Assembly: GCA_963768425.1 (NCBI GenBank) | Contig: CAVYHV010000012.1 | Coordinates: forward strand, 1 to 64,000 | Direction: 5' to 3' | DNA: 64,000 bases | DNA from: Candidatus Bathyarchaeota archaeon | GTDB lineage: Archaea; Thermoproteota; Bathyarchaeia; Bathyarchaeales; Bathycorpusculaceae | Shown here: positions 1 through 10,791 of the stretch, piece after piece | Numbering within the stretch: position 1 is the stretch's first letter | How the letters are laid out: every line of letters starts with the position of its first letter | Made by a program: the position numbers and the translations under genes | The notes under the pieces: generated by a model | What the model saw: only the letters and a program-made list of their open reading frames with translations | What the model was told of the DNA's origin: nothing | The model's database searches: none

Positions 1-2093
1 CGTCAAACTGGCTTGGGAGTCCTTGGGGAACCAATCAAGGCTATGGTAGCGAATTCCCAGGGGATGCAGTAGGTCCTCAAACTGCTCACGTCATGTGGAC
101 TAAGCCAATTCAAGGCGGCGGAGTTGTCGGAGGAAACAGCTTTGTTAATGTGGGAGATACATACTTCGACGGATCAGCATACAATCAAAGATTCACCAAT
201 CCCATAATAATTGATGGAATGCTATACTACACTGAACCAATCTCATTCGCAGGCGCTTCAAGTGGGCCAACCGACTGCGTTAACCTTCAAACGGGGCAGC
301 TTATTTGGTCTCGAACAGATGTCCCAGCATTAGATTTCGGCTACATATATGACGTCCAAGACCCTAACCAACACGGAGGTTATCCGCCAATCCTAATTTC
401 TGTTTCCCCTCCGCCCTTCATAGGATATTCAGCTAATTCTGAATGGAGAGCTTTTGATGCATACACTGGAGATCCGATATTCAACATAACTAACGTTCCC
501 GCAGGCACCTCAGCTATCGGCGTAAACGGCGAGTACCTGATACTATCACTTGCAAACTATGGTCCAACAATCATGACTCCTTTCGGTCCTGTTCCTTCAG
601 GGCCAGCAATATGGTATCTGCAAGAATGGAATTCCTCTAGACTTTGGGATAATACATACTCAGGCCCATCAACATCTCCGCCCGTTATACCCCCTATAAC
701 TAATGGCAACAACCCAAGCTTGCTTGACTTCAACGTTTCAATGACTTCACTCGACTCTCAACCGGGAACGCCATCTATACAAGAAGCGTTCTGCAACAAT
801 GAATTGATTGGCACGATAGGCACTCTTCCCGCTGGTTCCAGCATATTCGGTGGAGGAAGCTGGGCTCCATACTCGTACTTTGGAGTTAACTTAAACGCAT
901 CTAAAGGGACAATCGGTTCGGTTATGTGGACAAAGACATACAATGCACCAGCAGGCAACCTTACTGTCGAGTGGGGAGGCGCAGACGCTTCAGCAGGAGT
1001 CTTTGTTGAACAATACAAGGAAACTTCACAGTTCGTTGGATACAGCATGAAGACAGGTGAGAAACTTTGGGGACCAACCGGAGGTCAAGCAGCCCTCGAC
1101 TATTACAATTTCGGATATAACGCTGGTGGAAACGAAGAGGGAACTATCCTCGCTGACGGCAAACTCTACAGTGGTGGATTCAGTGGAATAATTTACTGCT
1201 ATGATTTGACTAACGGAAACTTACTGTGGACTTACGGTAACGGCGGTGCAGGCAACAGTACAAGCAGCGGCTTCGAGGTACCCGGGAATTATCCAACTTC
1301 AATATATGCTATTGGCAACGGCATAATATACACCACTACAACTGAACACACAGTTGAAACACCGATTTACAAAGGAGCATTAGTACGCGCTATTAACGCC
1401 ACAACCGGAAAAGAAATATGGACTCTTTCAGCCGTCACATCCGAATCAGGACCACCTGGCACAGGCGCAATCGCTGATGGGTATACAACAATCCTCAACG
1501 GCTACGACAACCAAATATACTCTATTGGCAGAGGACCCAGCGCCACCACGGTTACCGCACCTAACATTGGAGTTACAACCGCTACACCGATAACCATAAC
1601 GGGCACAGTGATAGACGTCGCCGCAGGCACAAAGCAAACTGAGCAGGCAGCTGACTTTCCATACGGAGTCCCATGCGCATCTGACACAAGCATGACGGCC
1701 TGGATGGGATACGTTTATCAGCAGCAACCAGAACCAACCAACTTCACCGGCGTTCAAGTGCAACTGGCCGTTTTAGATTCTAACGGAAACCACTACCCCA
1801 TAGGCTACGCTACAACTGACGAAAGCGGCACCTACAGCTTAACATGGACTCCAAGCATCGCAGGCAACTTTACAATATTCGCTTCCTTCGCAGGAACCAA
1901 GGGTTACTGGCCATCATCAGCTGAAACACACGTCTACGCCGGCACACCACCAGCAACATCGGCACCGACAGCAACACCACTTAGCGGCGTCGCCACACAG
2001 AGCACCCTCGAATACATAGGCATCGCAATAATCATCGTGATAATCATCATCGGCGCAGTACTCGCAATACTCGTTACAAGAAAACGACCATAA
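1..2093 (+). CDS. PQQ-binding-like beta-propeller surface protein with C-terminal TM anchor (5'-truncated by window edge)
   Basis: Frame is open from base 3 (SNWLGSPWG...HVMWTKP). Repeated 'D/NxxTGxxxW' propeller motifs, Ig-like C-terminal domain, Pro/Thr linker, TM helix and RKRP tail. Confidence 0.8.
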   Translation, partial: SNWLGSPWGTNQGYGSEFPGDAVGPQTAHVMWTKPIQGGGVVGGNSFVNVGDTYFDGSAYNQRFTNPIIIDGMLYYTEPISFAGASSGPTDCVNLQTGQLIWSRTDVPALDFGYIYDVQDPNQHGGYPPILISVSPPPFIGYSANSEWRAFDAYTGDPIFNITNVPAGTSAIGVNGEYLILSLANYGPTIMTPFGPVPSGPAIWYLQEWNSSRLWDNTYSGPSTSPPVIPPITNGNNPSLLDFNVSMTSLDSQPGTPSIQEAFCNNELIGTIGTLPAGSSIFGGGSWAPYSYFGVNLNASKGTIGSVMWTKTYNAPAGNLTVEWGGADASAGVFVEQYKETSQFVGYSMKTGEKLWGPTGGQAALDYYNFGYNAGGNEEGTILADGKLYSGGFSGIIYCYDLTNGNLLWTYGNGGAGNSTSSGFEVPGNYPTSIYAIGNGIIYTTTTEHTVETPIYKGALVRAINATTGKEIWTLSAVTSESGPPGTGAIADGYTTILNGYDNQIYSIGRGPSATTVTAPNIGVTTATPITITGTVIDVAAGTKQTEQAADFPYGVPCASDTSMTAWMGYVYQQQPEPTNFTGVQVQLAVLDSNGNHYPIGYATTDESGTYSLTWTPSIAGNFTIFASFAGTKGYWPSSAETHVYAGTPPATSAPTATPLSGVATQSTLEYIGIAIIIVIIIIGAVLAILVTRKRP

Positions 2094-2444
2094 ACTAAAG
2101 TTTCAAAACAAAACATCCTTTCCTTTTTTTGTCCCTTAAAAGTGATAAAGTCTTGTTTGCTACGATGGACCTTCTTTAACTTCTGCAACCAGTTATTTGT
2201 AGACATGAAACATTCAAGAAGCGTCTAATTATTATATAAAAAAGGCAACTCGCGCTAGAGCTTTGATCCACAACTTCTCGAGTAGAATCAGCAGCCTGAT
2301 CCTAGAAGGGGTTGCGAGTTGTGCGTTCGAAGATTCTTAAGACGTGGAAAGTAATCGAAGCCAAATCCAGAATATTCCTAATGCACTGCATTAGAGTAGC
2401 AACGTAGGCTTAAGTTTAAGTTAATAGAAGATCGATTAATCGTT

Positions 2445-3808
2445 ATGCCGCGTTTATGGTTTGACAAGGGTACCATACTCTTGAAGGGAGAAGTTGGAAC
2501 TCCGTATGGCAAATGGGACGCCCGAAGCGGCTGTTACCGACTTAAGGCCAGTCACTACAAAGACGCGTTGGAATATTTTAAGGAAAGCAAACTCCGGTAT
2601 GAAGATGATGTTCCAAATCTTCCTCCTGTCGAGCAAATAAAGAGCAACGTGGAGTTGAGGAATTACCAGAACAAAGCTTTGGATAATTGGCGCCGAGCAG
2701 GTTTCAGGGGAATTCTTGTTTTGCCCACAGCAGCCGGGAAAACATTCGTTGCCCTAAAAGCGATTGATCTTCTCAAAACTCAAACGTTGATCGTTGTTCC
2801 CACTTTGGATTTAATTGACCAATGGAGAAAGCGAGTTAGGGAATGCCTTGGCTGGAAACTGGAGTAGTAGGTGGAGGCGAGAACACCATAAGAATGGTTA
2901 CGGTTTCAACCTATGATTCGGCGTATTCTCAGGCCCCATACTTAGGCAACAGGTTCAACTTCTTGGTTTTTGACGAAGTGCATCATCTGGCTTCACCGGG
3001 TTACATGCAAATCGCTGAAATGTACATTGCACCTTACCGAATGGGCTTAACTGCCACATACGAAAGAAGTGACCAGAGACACGAGCTTCTTCCGCTACTC
3101 GTCGGCGATTTAGTTTACTCTATCGGCATTGAGGAACTCAAAGATAAACATCTTTCACCCTTCACATATGAGAAGGTGTCTGTCGAATTGACTAATGATG
3201 AACAACGAACCTACGATACGGAGATGACCACCTTCAAGAATTATCTTCGAGAAAGGCGAATAGTTTTGAAAAGCGCTGCTGATTTCCAAAGGTTCATTAT
3301 GACCACAGGAAGGGATCCACGTGCACGGGAAGCGCTTCTTGCCCGAAACAAGGCTTTGAAGGTTGCAATTAACTCCGAGGCTAAACTGAACCTCTTAGCC
3401 AGGAAACTTGAAGCATACCCAAATGAGAAAACTTTGATTTTCACACTCTACAATGACTTGGTCTACGTTATCAGCAGACGTTTTTTAATACCCGCTATTA
3501 CGTATCAGACTCCCCGGGAAGAGCGCCGCGAAATAATGACCAACTTCGGAAACGGCAAGTACAAAGTCATAGTTACTTCTCAAGTTCTAGACGAAGGGGT
3601 AGATGTCCCAGACGCATCAGTTGGTATAGTACTGGGCGGAACTGGAAGCACACGGGAGTACGTGCAACGGCTAGGGCGACTTCTTAGAAAGAAAGAGGGC
3701 AAAACAGCCAAGCTGATAGAGATAATTTCCAAGGAAACCATAGAAGTCGGGATAAGCCGCAGACGGCACCAAAAAACTGGAGAGACATCAACGGTTGCTT
3801 CCCAGTAG
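2445..3808 (+). CDS. xpb: XPB/Rad25-like SF2 helicase (one frameshift near 2850)
   Basis: LRNYQ and LPTAAGKT in the first fragment; DEVHH, LTAT, LDEGVDVPDA and QRLGRLLR in the second. Adjacent to Bax1. Confidence 0.85.
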
Positions 3809-5363
3809 CTTGCTTGTGGTGTGGAAAAGAAAGGGCGAAATTCAGCCTCGATACGCCAAGTTCTCTTCAGATAATCTTGAAGTTGCGCGAGGTCTTATTG
3901 AAGCATACAAGGCTAATGTTGGAGAACAGAAGAAAGTTCTCAAAGCAGTCGTCGTTGACTTGGAAACCAGCGGGCATGAGTATCGTTTTGTTAGGGCGTT
4001 GGCTTTGCTGCTTGACAGAAAAAGCATCTTCAGCTGCGGCAGCAAAACGAACCCTGCTGATTTGAGGAAGAGAATCTTTCAAGCTACAGAAAAGTTTGGT
4101 TTGCCTACGACTCCAGAAAAGCGACAAAAAATAATTGAAGCGGTCGCTTCAGAAATGGGGTTGACAACCGAAAACGTTGAGGATTGTTTATACGCTGATT
4201 TAGATGAGGAGCTGATTCTTGAAAAGTTTGATCCACCAGAAGTGATGACCCTGCTTGAACAGTACAATCTTAGCCTAGCGCAGACGCTTCTTTTTGACTC
4301 CACAGAACTAAATTTTACCGCTTCAGGCAACTGGCAGAGCCTCTTTTTTTACGTGAAAAAACTGGGCCTTATCTATGAAGTGTCCCAAGATGATGGTTTC
4401 TGGGTTAAAATAGACGGGCCAGTCAGCCTCTTTAAGCTCACAAGAAGGTATGGCATTAGTATAGCCAAGTTACTTCCCATAATAGTCGCCAATCCCGAAT
4501 GGACCGTTAATGCAAAGATACTTTGGAAGTACACAAACGAAATCTGCAACTTCAAAATTGAAAGCAAAAAGCATGGCTTGTTGCTTAAGAAACCCGGTTT
4601 GCCGCGTGTAACGTATGATAGTGCAGTTGAAGAGAGTTTTGCTTCACAGTTTCGAGCTGTGAAGTCTGGTTGGACTTTGAAAAGAGAGCCGGAACCTGTT
4701 CCCGCTGGAAACCAGGTTATAATACCTGATTTTTCTCTTGAAAGAGCTGGCGTCAAAATATACTTGGAGATTGTGGGGTTCTGGACTGAAGAGTACTTGT
4801 TGCGAAAAGCGGCAAAGTTGAAGCAAGTAGAAGCGAATATGCTTCTGTTGGTCGATGAGGCTTTGGCATGTGAGAAGCTTGCTTCGCTGGAGAAGCGACC
4901 TCAGTTGAACTTCATTTATTATCATGATAAAATTCCTTTGGCTTCTGTTCTGCGTTACTTGGAAACTGCTTTTGAAGGAGTCAAAGCTATGGAGATCAAG
5001 TTCTTAGAAAACCTCTCGGTTAAGTTTACGGAGCCAGTTGTCGCTTATGACGAATTTGCCGCTAGAATTGGCATTTCAGTTGAAGCCGCAAAAGCGTTTC
5101 TAATGGCGAATCCTCCTTCAGATTACGTGGCAATGCCTAACATTTTAGTGAGCAAGGAAAAGTTAGTTCAAATAAGCAATCGAATCGAAGAACACCTAAA
5201 ACAGTCAGCAAAGTTGCCTCTTACGGAAGCAATAGGGGTTATTGAAGCTGAGGGAGTAAGCGATGCATCTTGCGTCTTAACTGAAATTGGCTATAAAATT
5301 ATCTGGCGTGGAATAGACAGCGAACAAGCCGAGGTCTCCAAGGTTTTCAAAAAGAAGGAATGA
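3795..5363 (+). CDS. bax1: Bax1/DUF790 endonuclease
   Basis: MLPSSLL start, YNLSLAQTLLF, DGPxSLFK.TRRYG, IPDF...EIVGFWT nuclease motif; overlaps xpb. Confidence 0.85.
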   Translation: MLPSSLLVVWKRKGEIQPRYAKFSSDNLEVARGLIEAYKANVGEQKKVLKAVVVDLETSGHEYRFVRALALLLDRKSIFSCGSKTNPADLRKRIFQATEKFGLPTTPEKRQKIIEAVASEMGLTTENVEDCLYADLDEELILEKFDPPEVMTLLEQYNLSLAQTLLFDSTELNFTASGNWQSLFFYVKKLGLIYEVSQDDGFWVKIDGPVSLFKLTRRYGISIAKLLPIIVANPEWTVNAKILWKYTNEICNFKIESKKHGLLLKKPGLPRVTYDSAVEESFASQFRAVKSGWTLKREPEPVPAGNQVIIPDFSLERAGVKIYLEIVGFWTEEYLLRKAAKLKQVEANMLLLVDEALACEKLASLEKRPQLNFIYYHDKIPLASVLRYLETAFEGVKAMEIKFLENLSVKFTEPVVAYDEFAARIGISVEAAKAFLMANPPSDYVAMPNILVSKEKLVQISNRIEEHLKQSAKLPLTEAIGVIEAEGVSDASCVLTEIGYKIIWRGIDSEQAEVSKVFKKKE

Positions 5364-5471
5364 CAAGAAAGACCATTGAAATATGCTAGGCATGCGGGTA
5401 ATTACTTTTCGAAGGCTTGAAAGAACTAGGCAGCGCAATACTTAGATAGCCCTGCAAGTCTAACTACAATA

Positions 5472-6083
5472 ATGTCACCTGCAAAATTTCCTCAAAGGAA
5501 ATTCGTCTACGTTGACCCGTCAAAATGCACCGGCTGCGGAATCTGCGAATATGCATGCATCCAAGAAAAAGAGGAATTAACCCCGCTGCTGTCCAGAATT
5601 CGCGTGGTCCGCATGAAACCTCTATTCAACTTTGCCTTGTCATGCAGAGCATGCGAAGACGCCAAATGTGTCGTGGCCTGTCCTGAAAAAGCGCTCTCCC
5701 AAGAAGAAGCCACAGGCATCATTATGCGCAGCGAAGAGAAGTGCAAAGGCTGTGACTGGTGCGTCCAAGCCTGCGAACACGGAGGTATCTCAATTCACCC
5801 AGACACAGGCTTTTCGGTAGCATGCGACCTCTGCGGCGGGGAACCTCAATGTGTAGAATTCTGCCCCGAAGAAGCCCTAGAGATCATAACCACTGATGAA
5901 GAAGCCGATAAACGAATGAGCGAAACCCTAAAGAAGTTGCCCGCAGAAACTGAACGAGTAACCAACATAGTCAAAAACAAAGATTGGAAACCCATGCTGG
6001 CTGAAGCAGAAGAACGAAGCAAAAAAGTCTCAGAGAAACTCGAAGCCCTCAGGGATAAAGCTAAAACGAAGAAGAAGAATTAG
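5472..6083 (+). CDS. 4Fe-4S dicluster (DmsB/HydN-like) protein with helical C-terminal extension
   Basis: Four Cys clusters (CxxCxxCxxxC type). Confidence 0.8.
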   Translation: MSPAKFPQRKFVYVDPSKCTGCGICEYACIQEKEELTPLLSRIRVVRMKPLFNFALSCRACEDAKCVVACPEKALSQEEATGIIMRSEEKCKGCDWCVQACEHGGISIHPDTGFSVACDLCGGEPQCVEFCPEEALEIITTDEEADKRMSETLKKLPAETERVTNIVKNKDWKPMLAEAEERSKKVSEKLEALRDKAKTKKKN

Positions 6084-6320
6084 TCAACTTAGACAATAGC
6101 TTTTGAGTGTTTTTCCTTGCTATCGAATCAAAATCCAATCAGCATAGTTTTACATGTGCATTAAATTCCAATTTTTAGGCTTGGCGACCAAATCTTAAGC
6201 GGACACTGATGGAGCAGCGCCTCCCATTTTCTCAATTAAGAGTTTATTTCCAGAACGTCTTCTAACAATTGACACACTATACGTTTTTATGCTCGGCAAA
6301 CAACTTGTTTTTGATGGGAA

Positions 6321-6749
6321 TTGAATTTCGAGAAAAGAAACATAAGAGTGCTTCCCGGTGATACCGACGCTTTTGGCATATTAAACTGGCAAGCTTACGT
6401 GCGCTACAGCGAGGAAGGCGAAGTGGGACTTATGGAATTGCTAGATTTCAATATCACGCGTTTTTATGAGGAGCAGAAAATCTTTTTCCCAAGAAGAGCC
6501 GCCGCCTTTGAGTACTTATCTCCAGTCTCTCCTGACAGCCTAATAGATATAGAAACCAAAGTGAAGAAGGTTGGCAAAACTTCTTTTACACTTTCACATT
6601 CTTTTTTCAAAAAAAACTCAGAAGACGGCGAACGCATTTTGTCTGCTAAAGCCGAGGTGACTGCTGTCGCCTTCAACGACCAAATTCGTGAAAAGGTAAA
6701 GTTACCTGTCGAACTACTCGGCGCCTTAAGAAGGTGCCTTCCTACCTAA
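6321..6749 (+). CDS. Hot-dog fold acyl-CoA thioesterase (4HBT/YbgC-like)
   Basis: DTDAFGILN motif; VGKTSF. Confidence 0.75.
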   Translation: MNFEKRNIRVLPGDTDAFGILNWQAYVRYSEEGEVGLMELLDFNITRFYEEQKIFFPRRAAAFEYLSPVSPDSLIDIETKVKKVGKTSFTLSHSFFKKNSEDGERILSAKAEVTAVAFNDQIREKVKLPVELLGALRRCLPT

Positions 6750-6971
6750 CTGAAATTCGAGTCCTTCAAAAGCAAGCCAATAATTCAGAAGCCGTTTAAC
6801 TTCTCGCTACGTTACTCCCCAAAACCGTTGGAGTTCGGTTGGACTAAAATCTTTCTCTTTCTCTCTCTCTCCTACACCCTACTACTCAGTACTCTACTCG
6901 CTACAAACAAACTGCTAACTCAAATGTCCCTTACTTTTACTATGCTACTAACCTTTAAGCACCCACACCTT

Positions 6972-7028
6972 CAACACGGCACCACACAACACGGCACCAC
7001 ACAACACGACACCACACAACACGACACA
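6972..7028. repeat. 15-bp tandem repeat CAACACG(G/A)CACCACA, ~3.8 copies
   Basis: Units start at 6972, 6987, 7002 and 7017; no spacers. Confidence 0.9.
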
Positions 7029-7058
7029 AAAAGCTAAAAAAGAAAAAAGAGGAATTTT

Positions 7059-7265
7059 TTACATTTTGTGCCTAGTTTTTGTTGCCAACGCTGCTGCTGC
7101 CACAATTATGACAATTACGCCGAGCCCAATTACTGCCCAATATAGGTAGGTTATGCTTTCCTTAGGGATGACGTAGCACCACGCTAAAGAGACGAGTACA
7201 ATCAAGATGCCCAGCCCTAGTTCAGCTCCTGCAAAAGCTTTCATTGTCGCCATTTTTTTTCCCAA
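7059..7265 (-). CDS. Small two-TM membrane protein
   Basis: Two hydrophobic helices, basic tail, T-rich terminator downstream. Confidence 0.6.
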   Translation of the reverse strand: MGKKMATMKAFAGAELGLGILIVLVSLAWCYVIPKESITYLYWAVIGLGVIVIIVAAAALATKTRHKM

Positions 7266-7423
7266 ATAACATATGTGGCGAACGTCTTTTAAAATTTTGG
7301 CGTGCTAATTTTCCTGAAAAGGAACTAAATGCCTTAAATGCCATTTTTGACAAATATTTGCTTCTCTCCGTCCTAGAAAACTCTAAATAACGGTCTGGTA
7401 GATAGCAAGGAGTTCAAGTTGTG

Positions 7424-7660
7424 TTATTTTTCTTCAACGATAATCATTGTTAGCGTTGACCGCACTTTGTCGAGGCGTCGAACCTGCCATGTTACTATTT
7501 CTTTCAATTTATCCATGGTTTCTGCTCTAACTCTCGCCACTATATCATAGACTCCATAAACAGCTGAAGCTTCCTTAACACTCTCTATTTTTTTGAGATC
7601 TTTCAGCACGTCTGATTCTGAACCTATATCAGTATTTATTAAAACAAAGGCGGTTGGCAT
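7424..7660 (-). CDS. Stand-alone Lrp/AsnC ligand-binding (RAM) domain protein
   Basis: AFVLIN...VYGVYDIVA...STLTMI; no HTH domain. Confidence 0.85.
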   Translation of the reverse strand: MPTAFVLINTDIGSESDVLKDLKKIESVKEASAVYGVYDIVARVRAETMDKLKEIVTWQVRRLDKVRSTLTMIIVEEK

Positions 7661-8104
7661 ATCAATCCAATCCTATATAATCGATTAGTTAATTGTGCAT
7701 TAAAATCTTTCTAACGCGGTTTCTGATTATTTTACTAAAGGGTTTCTCAAAGGATGAAATACATAAGTCGAGAGCTTGATTTAGAACTGAGAATGATATC
7801 TGCCTCAGCTTCACTGATACTGGATTTATTAATTAACACTTCATCTTCATCCAACAGACCGTTTACTACACTGCCCAAGGTGCAAAATATTTTAGGATGT
7901 TACGAGGCATTTTTATAGTTAATCATCCATTGCCGTCCGTGTAACTCTGAACTTTCATCCAATAATGTCAAGCTAATGCCTTCTCATCATCCGGCAACAA
8001 CTAATTTGGTTCAACGCAGATAAAAGCCTATACTTTGTCATGGCTGGTTGCAGGGAACACTTTTATTTTTCTCTTACAAGATAACCTCTTAGGAGCTTGA
8101 AAGA

Positions 8105-8677
8105 ATGGACTTTGTAGGTAGCCAAACAGAAAAGAACGTTCTAGCTGCGTTTGCTGGAGAATCACAAGCAAGAAACAAGTACACCTTTTTTGCCAGTGTC
8201 GCCCGGAAAGAGGGTTATGAGCAAATAGGTGCTATCTTTGAAGAAACTGCTGCAAACGAGAAAGAGCATGCAGAACTCTTCTTTAAACATCTCAAGGGCG
8301 GAATGGTTGAAATCAAAGCCACTTATCCAGCGGGAATAATTTCGTCGACCGCTGCGAATCTTAAGGCTGCTGCCGAAGGCGAAAAACTCGAGTGGGGAAA
8401 ACTTTACCCGAGTTTTGCTGAGTCTGCCGTCGAGGAAGGCTTCAAAGACGTTGCAGCAACGTTCAGCATGATAGCTAAGGTCGAAGCTTATCACGAGCGA
8501 AGATACAACAAACTGCTTGAAAGCCTAACGCAAGGCAAAGTTTTCAAAAAAGACGAGCCCACCAAATGGAAATGCAGAAACTGCGGTTACGTTTGCGAAA
8601 ACAACGCCGCGCCCGAAAAATGCCCAGTATGCGCTCATCCAAGAGCCTATTTTGAAGTTTGGGTTGAAAACTATTAA
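8105..8677 (+). CDS. rbr: Rubrerythrin
   Basis: AFAGESQARNKY, ExxH pairs, C-terminal WKCRNCGY...CPVC. Confidence 0.95.
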   Translation: MDFVGSQTEKNVLAAFAGESQARNKYTFFASVARKEGYEQIGAIFEETAANEKEHAELFFKHLKGGMVEIKATYPAGIISSTAANLKAAAEGEKLEWGKLYPSFAESAVEEGFKDVAATFSMIAKVEAYHERRYNKLLESLTQGKVFKKDEPTKWKCRNCGYVCENNAAPEKCPVCAHPRAYFEVWVENY

Positions 8678-9090
8678 CAACCCTTCATTTTTTCTCAAAG
8701 CACTAAACCTACTTTTTGCTCCATTTTGTCCATTCAGACCAAAAGCTGACTTTGCTTTTTTGGAATTTAAGTTGTTAAGAGCGCCCTTCGTTTCAGAGCA
8801 GGTTTACTCACTGCGTTATCCACAGGCTTTACCAAACAACTTTCTATCTTTCAATACATTCGGCGGCAACAGAGTTCACGACGTTTGGATGGGGGATAAT
8901 TTCATGCTATTAAGTTAAGATAAGCTGTAAAACTGCAGCGTTACCTATGACTGTGGTTATGCCTCTCTTGAACATGAATCATCAAAGCTTTTGCCGTGTT
9001 AAACTTTGCTTTACATAAAGGACAACGATATTCTTTTTCTTTTTCAACCATTGTTTTACACAAACACCTGGATTTTTGAAATAAGTCTTT

Positions 9091-10008
9091 TCACTCCGTG
9101 TGCGCCTCTGCCAAAATTTGGGCTGTTCTTATAGGTCGAATTTTAGGATAAGCGAAGCGGACAAGCAGGTATAAGACAAACACGTTAGCGCATATGAAGA
9201 AACTGACTGGGTAAGGTGTATAAAAGGCGATAAAAAGCCCCAGCCATGTTGCGAGCAGAGCAATGATTACAGAAATAATTATGACCTGCCTTGGTCGTTT
9301 TGCCAACATTTGGGCAGTCGCGGCAGGGGTTACCATCAGTGCGAAAATGAGCAGGACACCAACCACTTGGACCGCAAACGACGTTGCCACCGCTACTAAG
9401 AGCATGAAAATTACACCCAGCAGAAGCACGGGCATTCCTTTGGCTTCTGCCACATCTTCATCAAGTGACACAAACAAGAGTGGTCGATAAACCGCTGCGA
9501 TGATGACCAGAATTATCGCGCCAGCAACAAGGGTCAAAAGAACAGCGCTGGGACTGACCCCTAGTACTTCTCCAAACAAGATCGAGTACGCCTCCTGTGC
9601 ATATCCACCGGCGTAAAGACTAAGGAACAACACGCCTAGGCCAAGCATGAATGCAAGCACTGTTCCTATTTGGACGTCACGCTGCGCAGCACGCCTGCCA
9701 AGTGCTGCTATCCCGAGTCCGCCCAAACTTGTGAACGCAAGAAGACCGTAAACTGGGTTAACTCCGATTAATACTGCAGCTGCAGCCCCAGAAAAACCGA
9801 TGTGGGAAAGCGCATGCGCTGCGAAAGATGAGCGACGCAGCACAACAAAATAGCCAACAATGCCCGCTACGATTGCAACTATTGTTCCTGCTTCAAAAGC
9901 ATGTTGCATGAAAGGAAATTGAAAAATCCGTTGCAGGTCAACTATAGGGTTAAAGCTGAAAGTTGACGTCAAAGTAGAAAATGACGTCAAGGTCATTTTG
10001 CTTGACAC
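9091..10008 (-). CDS. Zn/Mn-type metal ABC permease (ZnuB-like)
   Basis: ALSH motif, S.DED.A.A.G, VGVLL...PAA. Confidence 0.9.
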   Translation of the reverse strand: MSSKMTLTSFSTLTSTFSFNPIVDLQRIFQFPFMQHAFEAGTIVAIVAGIVGYFVVLRRSSFAAHALSHIGFSGAAAAVLIGVNPVYGLLAFTSLGGLGIAALGRRAAQRDVQIGTVLAFMLGLGVLFLSLYAGGYAQEAYSILFGEVLGVSPSAVLLTLVAGAIILVIIAAVYRPLLFVSLDEDVAEAKGMPVLLLGVIFMLLVAVATSFAVQVVGVLLIFALMVTPAATAQMLAKRPRQVIIISVIIALLATWLGLFIAFYTPYPVSFFICANVFVLYLLVRFAYPKIRPIRTAQILAEAHTE

Positions 10009-10789
10009 CCGTGGCAGTCTTCAATTCCAATAATTGCAATGTTCCCTCTGGAGTCTTGGAGTACTTCAACTTGAACCCCGAACAAAACGGAAAGACACTC
10101 TGATGTCAGGACCTCTTGCGGTGTCCCAGTTGCCACCTTGCCATTAGCGATGTAGATAACCTTATCAAGGTACGGCAAAAGAGGATTAATGTTATGGGCT
10201 ATCAGCAATGCAGTTACGTTGCGTGATTCAACCACACCATGTATAAGCTGTAACAATTCCCTCTCGCGCCTCATGTCGAGATTAGACAAAGGCTCATCAA
10301 GCAATAGAACAGAGGGATTACTCACCAGCGCCTCAGCCAAAAATATTCTCTGCAGTTCCCCGCCTGACAAAACTCCGAGAGAACGATGAGCCAAGTCTGT
10401 AGCTCCAACATCTTTCAATGCATTTAGAGCGCTTTCGCGGTCTTTTTTGGATAATACGCCAAGCCCCACTGTTTTCCAGAGACTCCTAAGCGGACAAGTT
10501 CAAAGGATTCAATATTTGTTTCACCGTCGAATATGTGCCGCTGAGGCACGTAACCAATTTGTGGATTGCCACGCTTGGGCGCTTCATCAAATATCTTGAT
10601 TGTGCCGCTAACCGGTTGTTGAAGCCCAAGGAGCAAACGAAACAGAGTTGTCTTGCCTGCCCCGTTAGGTCCAATAACCGCCACAAACTCGCCGCGGTTA
10701 ACTGAGAACTTGGCTTCTCTCCAAACTATGTTGCCTGGGTAACCTGCCACTAGATTCTCGGCTGATATTATCTCGTATTGCTCGCCCAT
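9993..10789 (-). CDS. Metal ABC ATPase (ZnuC-like; frameshift near 10465)
   Basis: GPNGAGKTT and YVPQ in one fragment; LSGGELQR and LLLDEP in the other. Confidence 0.85.
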
Positions 10790-10791
10790 AG

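Noticed and set aside
2245-2325. Possible ncRNA closed by CAACTCGC/GCGAGTTG
   Set aside because: Only an 8-bp outer stem with weak inner pairing and no recognisable family; insufficient support.
6815-6845. ORB-like origin motif (TCCA...GAAC...GGGG on minus)
   Set aside because: Poor match, single copy, and no cdc6/orc1 in the window.
6972-7028. CRISPR array
   Set aside because: The repeats are contiguous and 15 bp, with no spacers and no cas genes. The same applies to 36301-36339.
6828-7037. 69-aa ORF with QHGTT/QHDTT repeats and other short antisense or overlapping ORFs in the track
   Set aside because: These are translations of low-complexity DNA or shadows of real genes, with no motifs.
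8816-8824. Perfect bacterial DnaA box TTATCCACA
   Set aside because: A single 9-mer in an archaeal context is compatible with chance.
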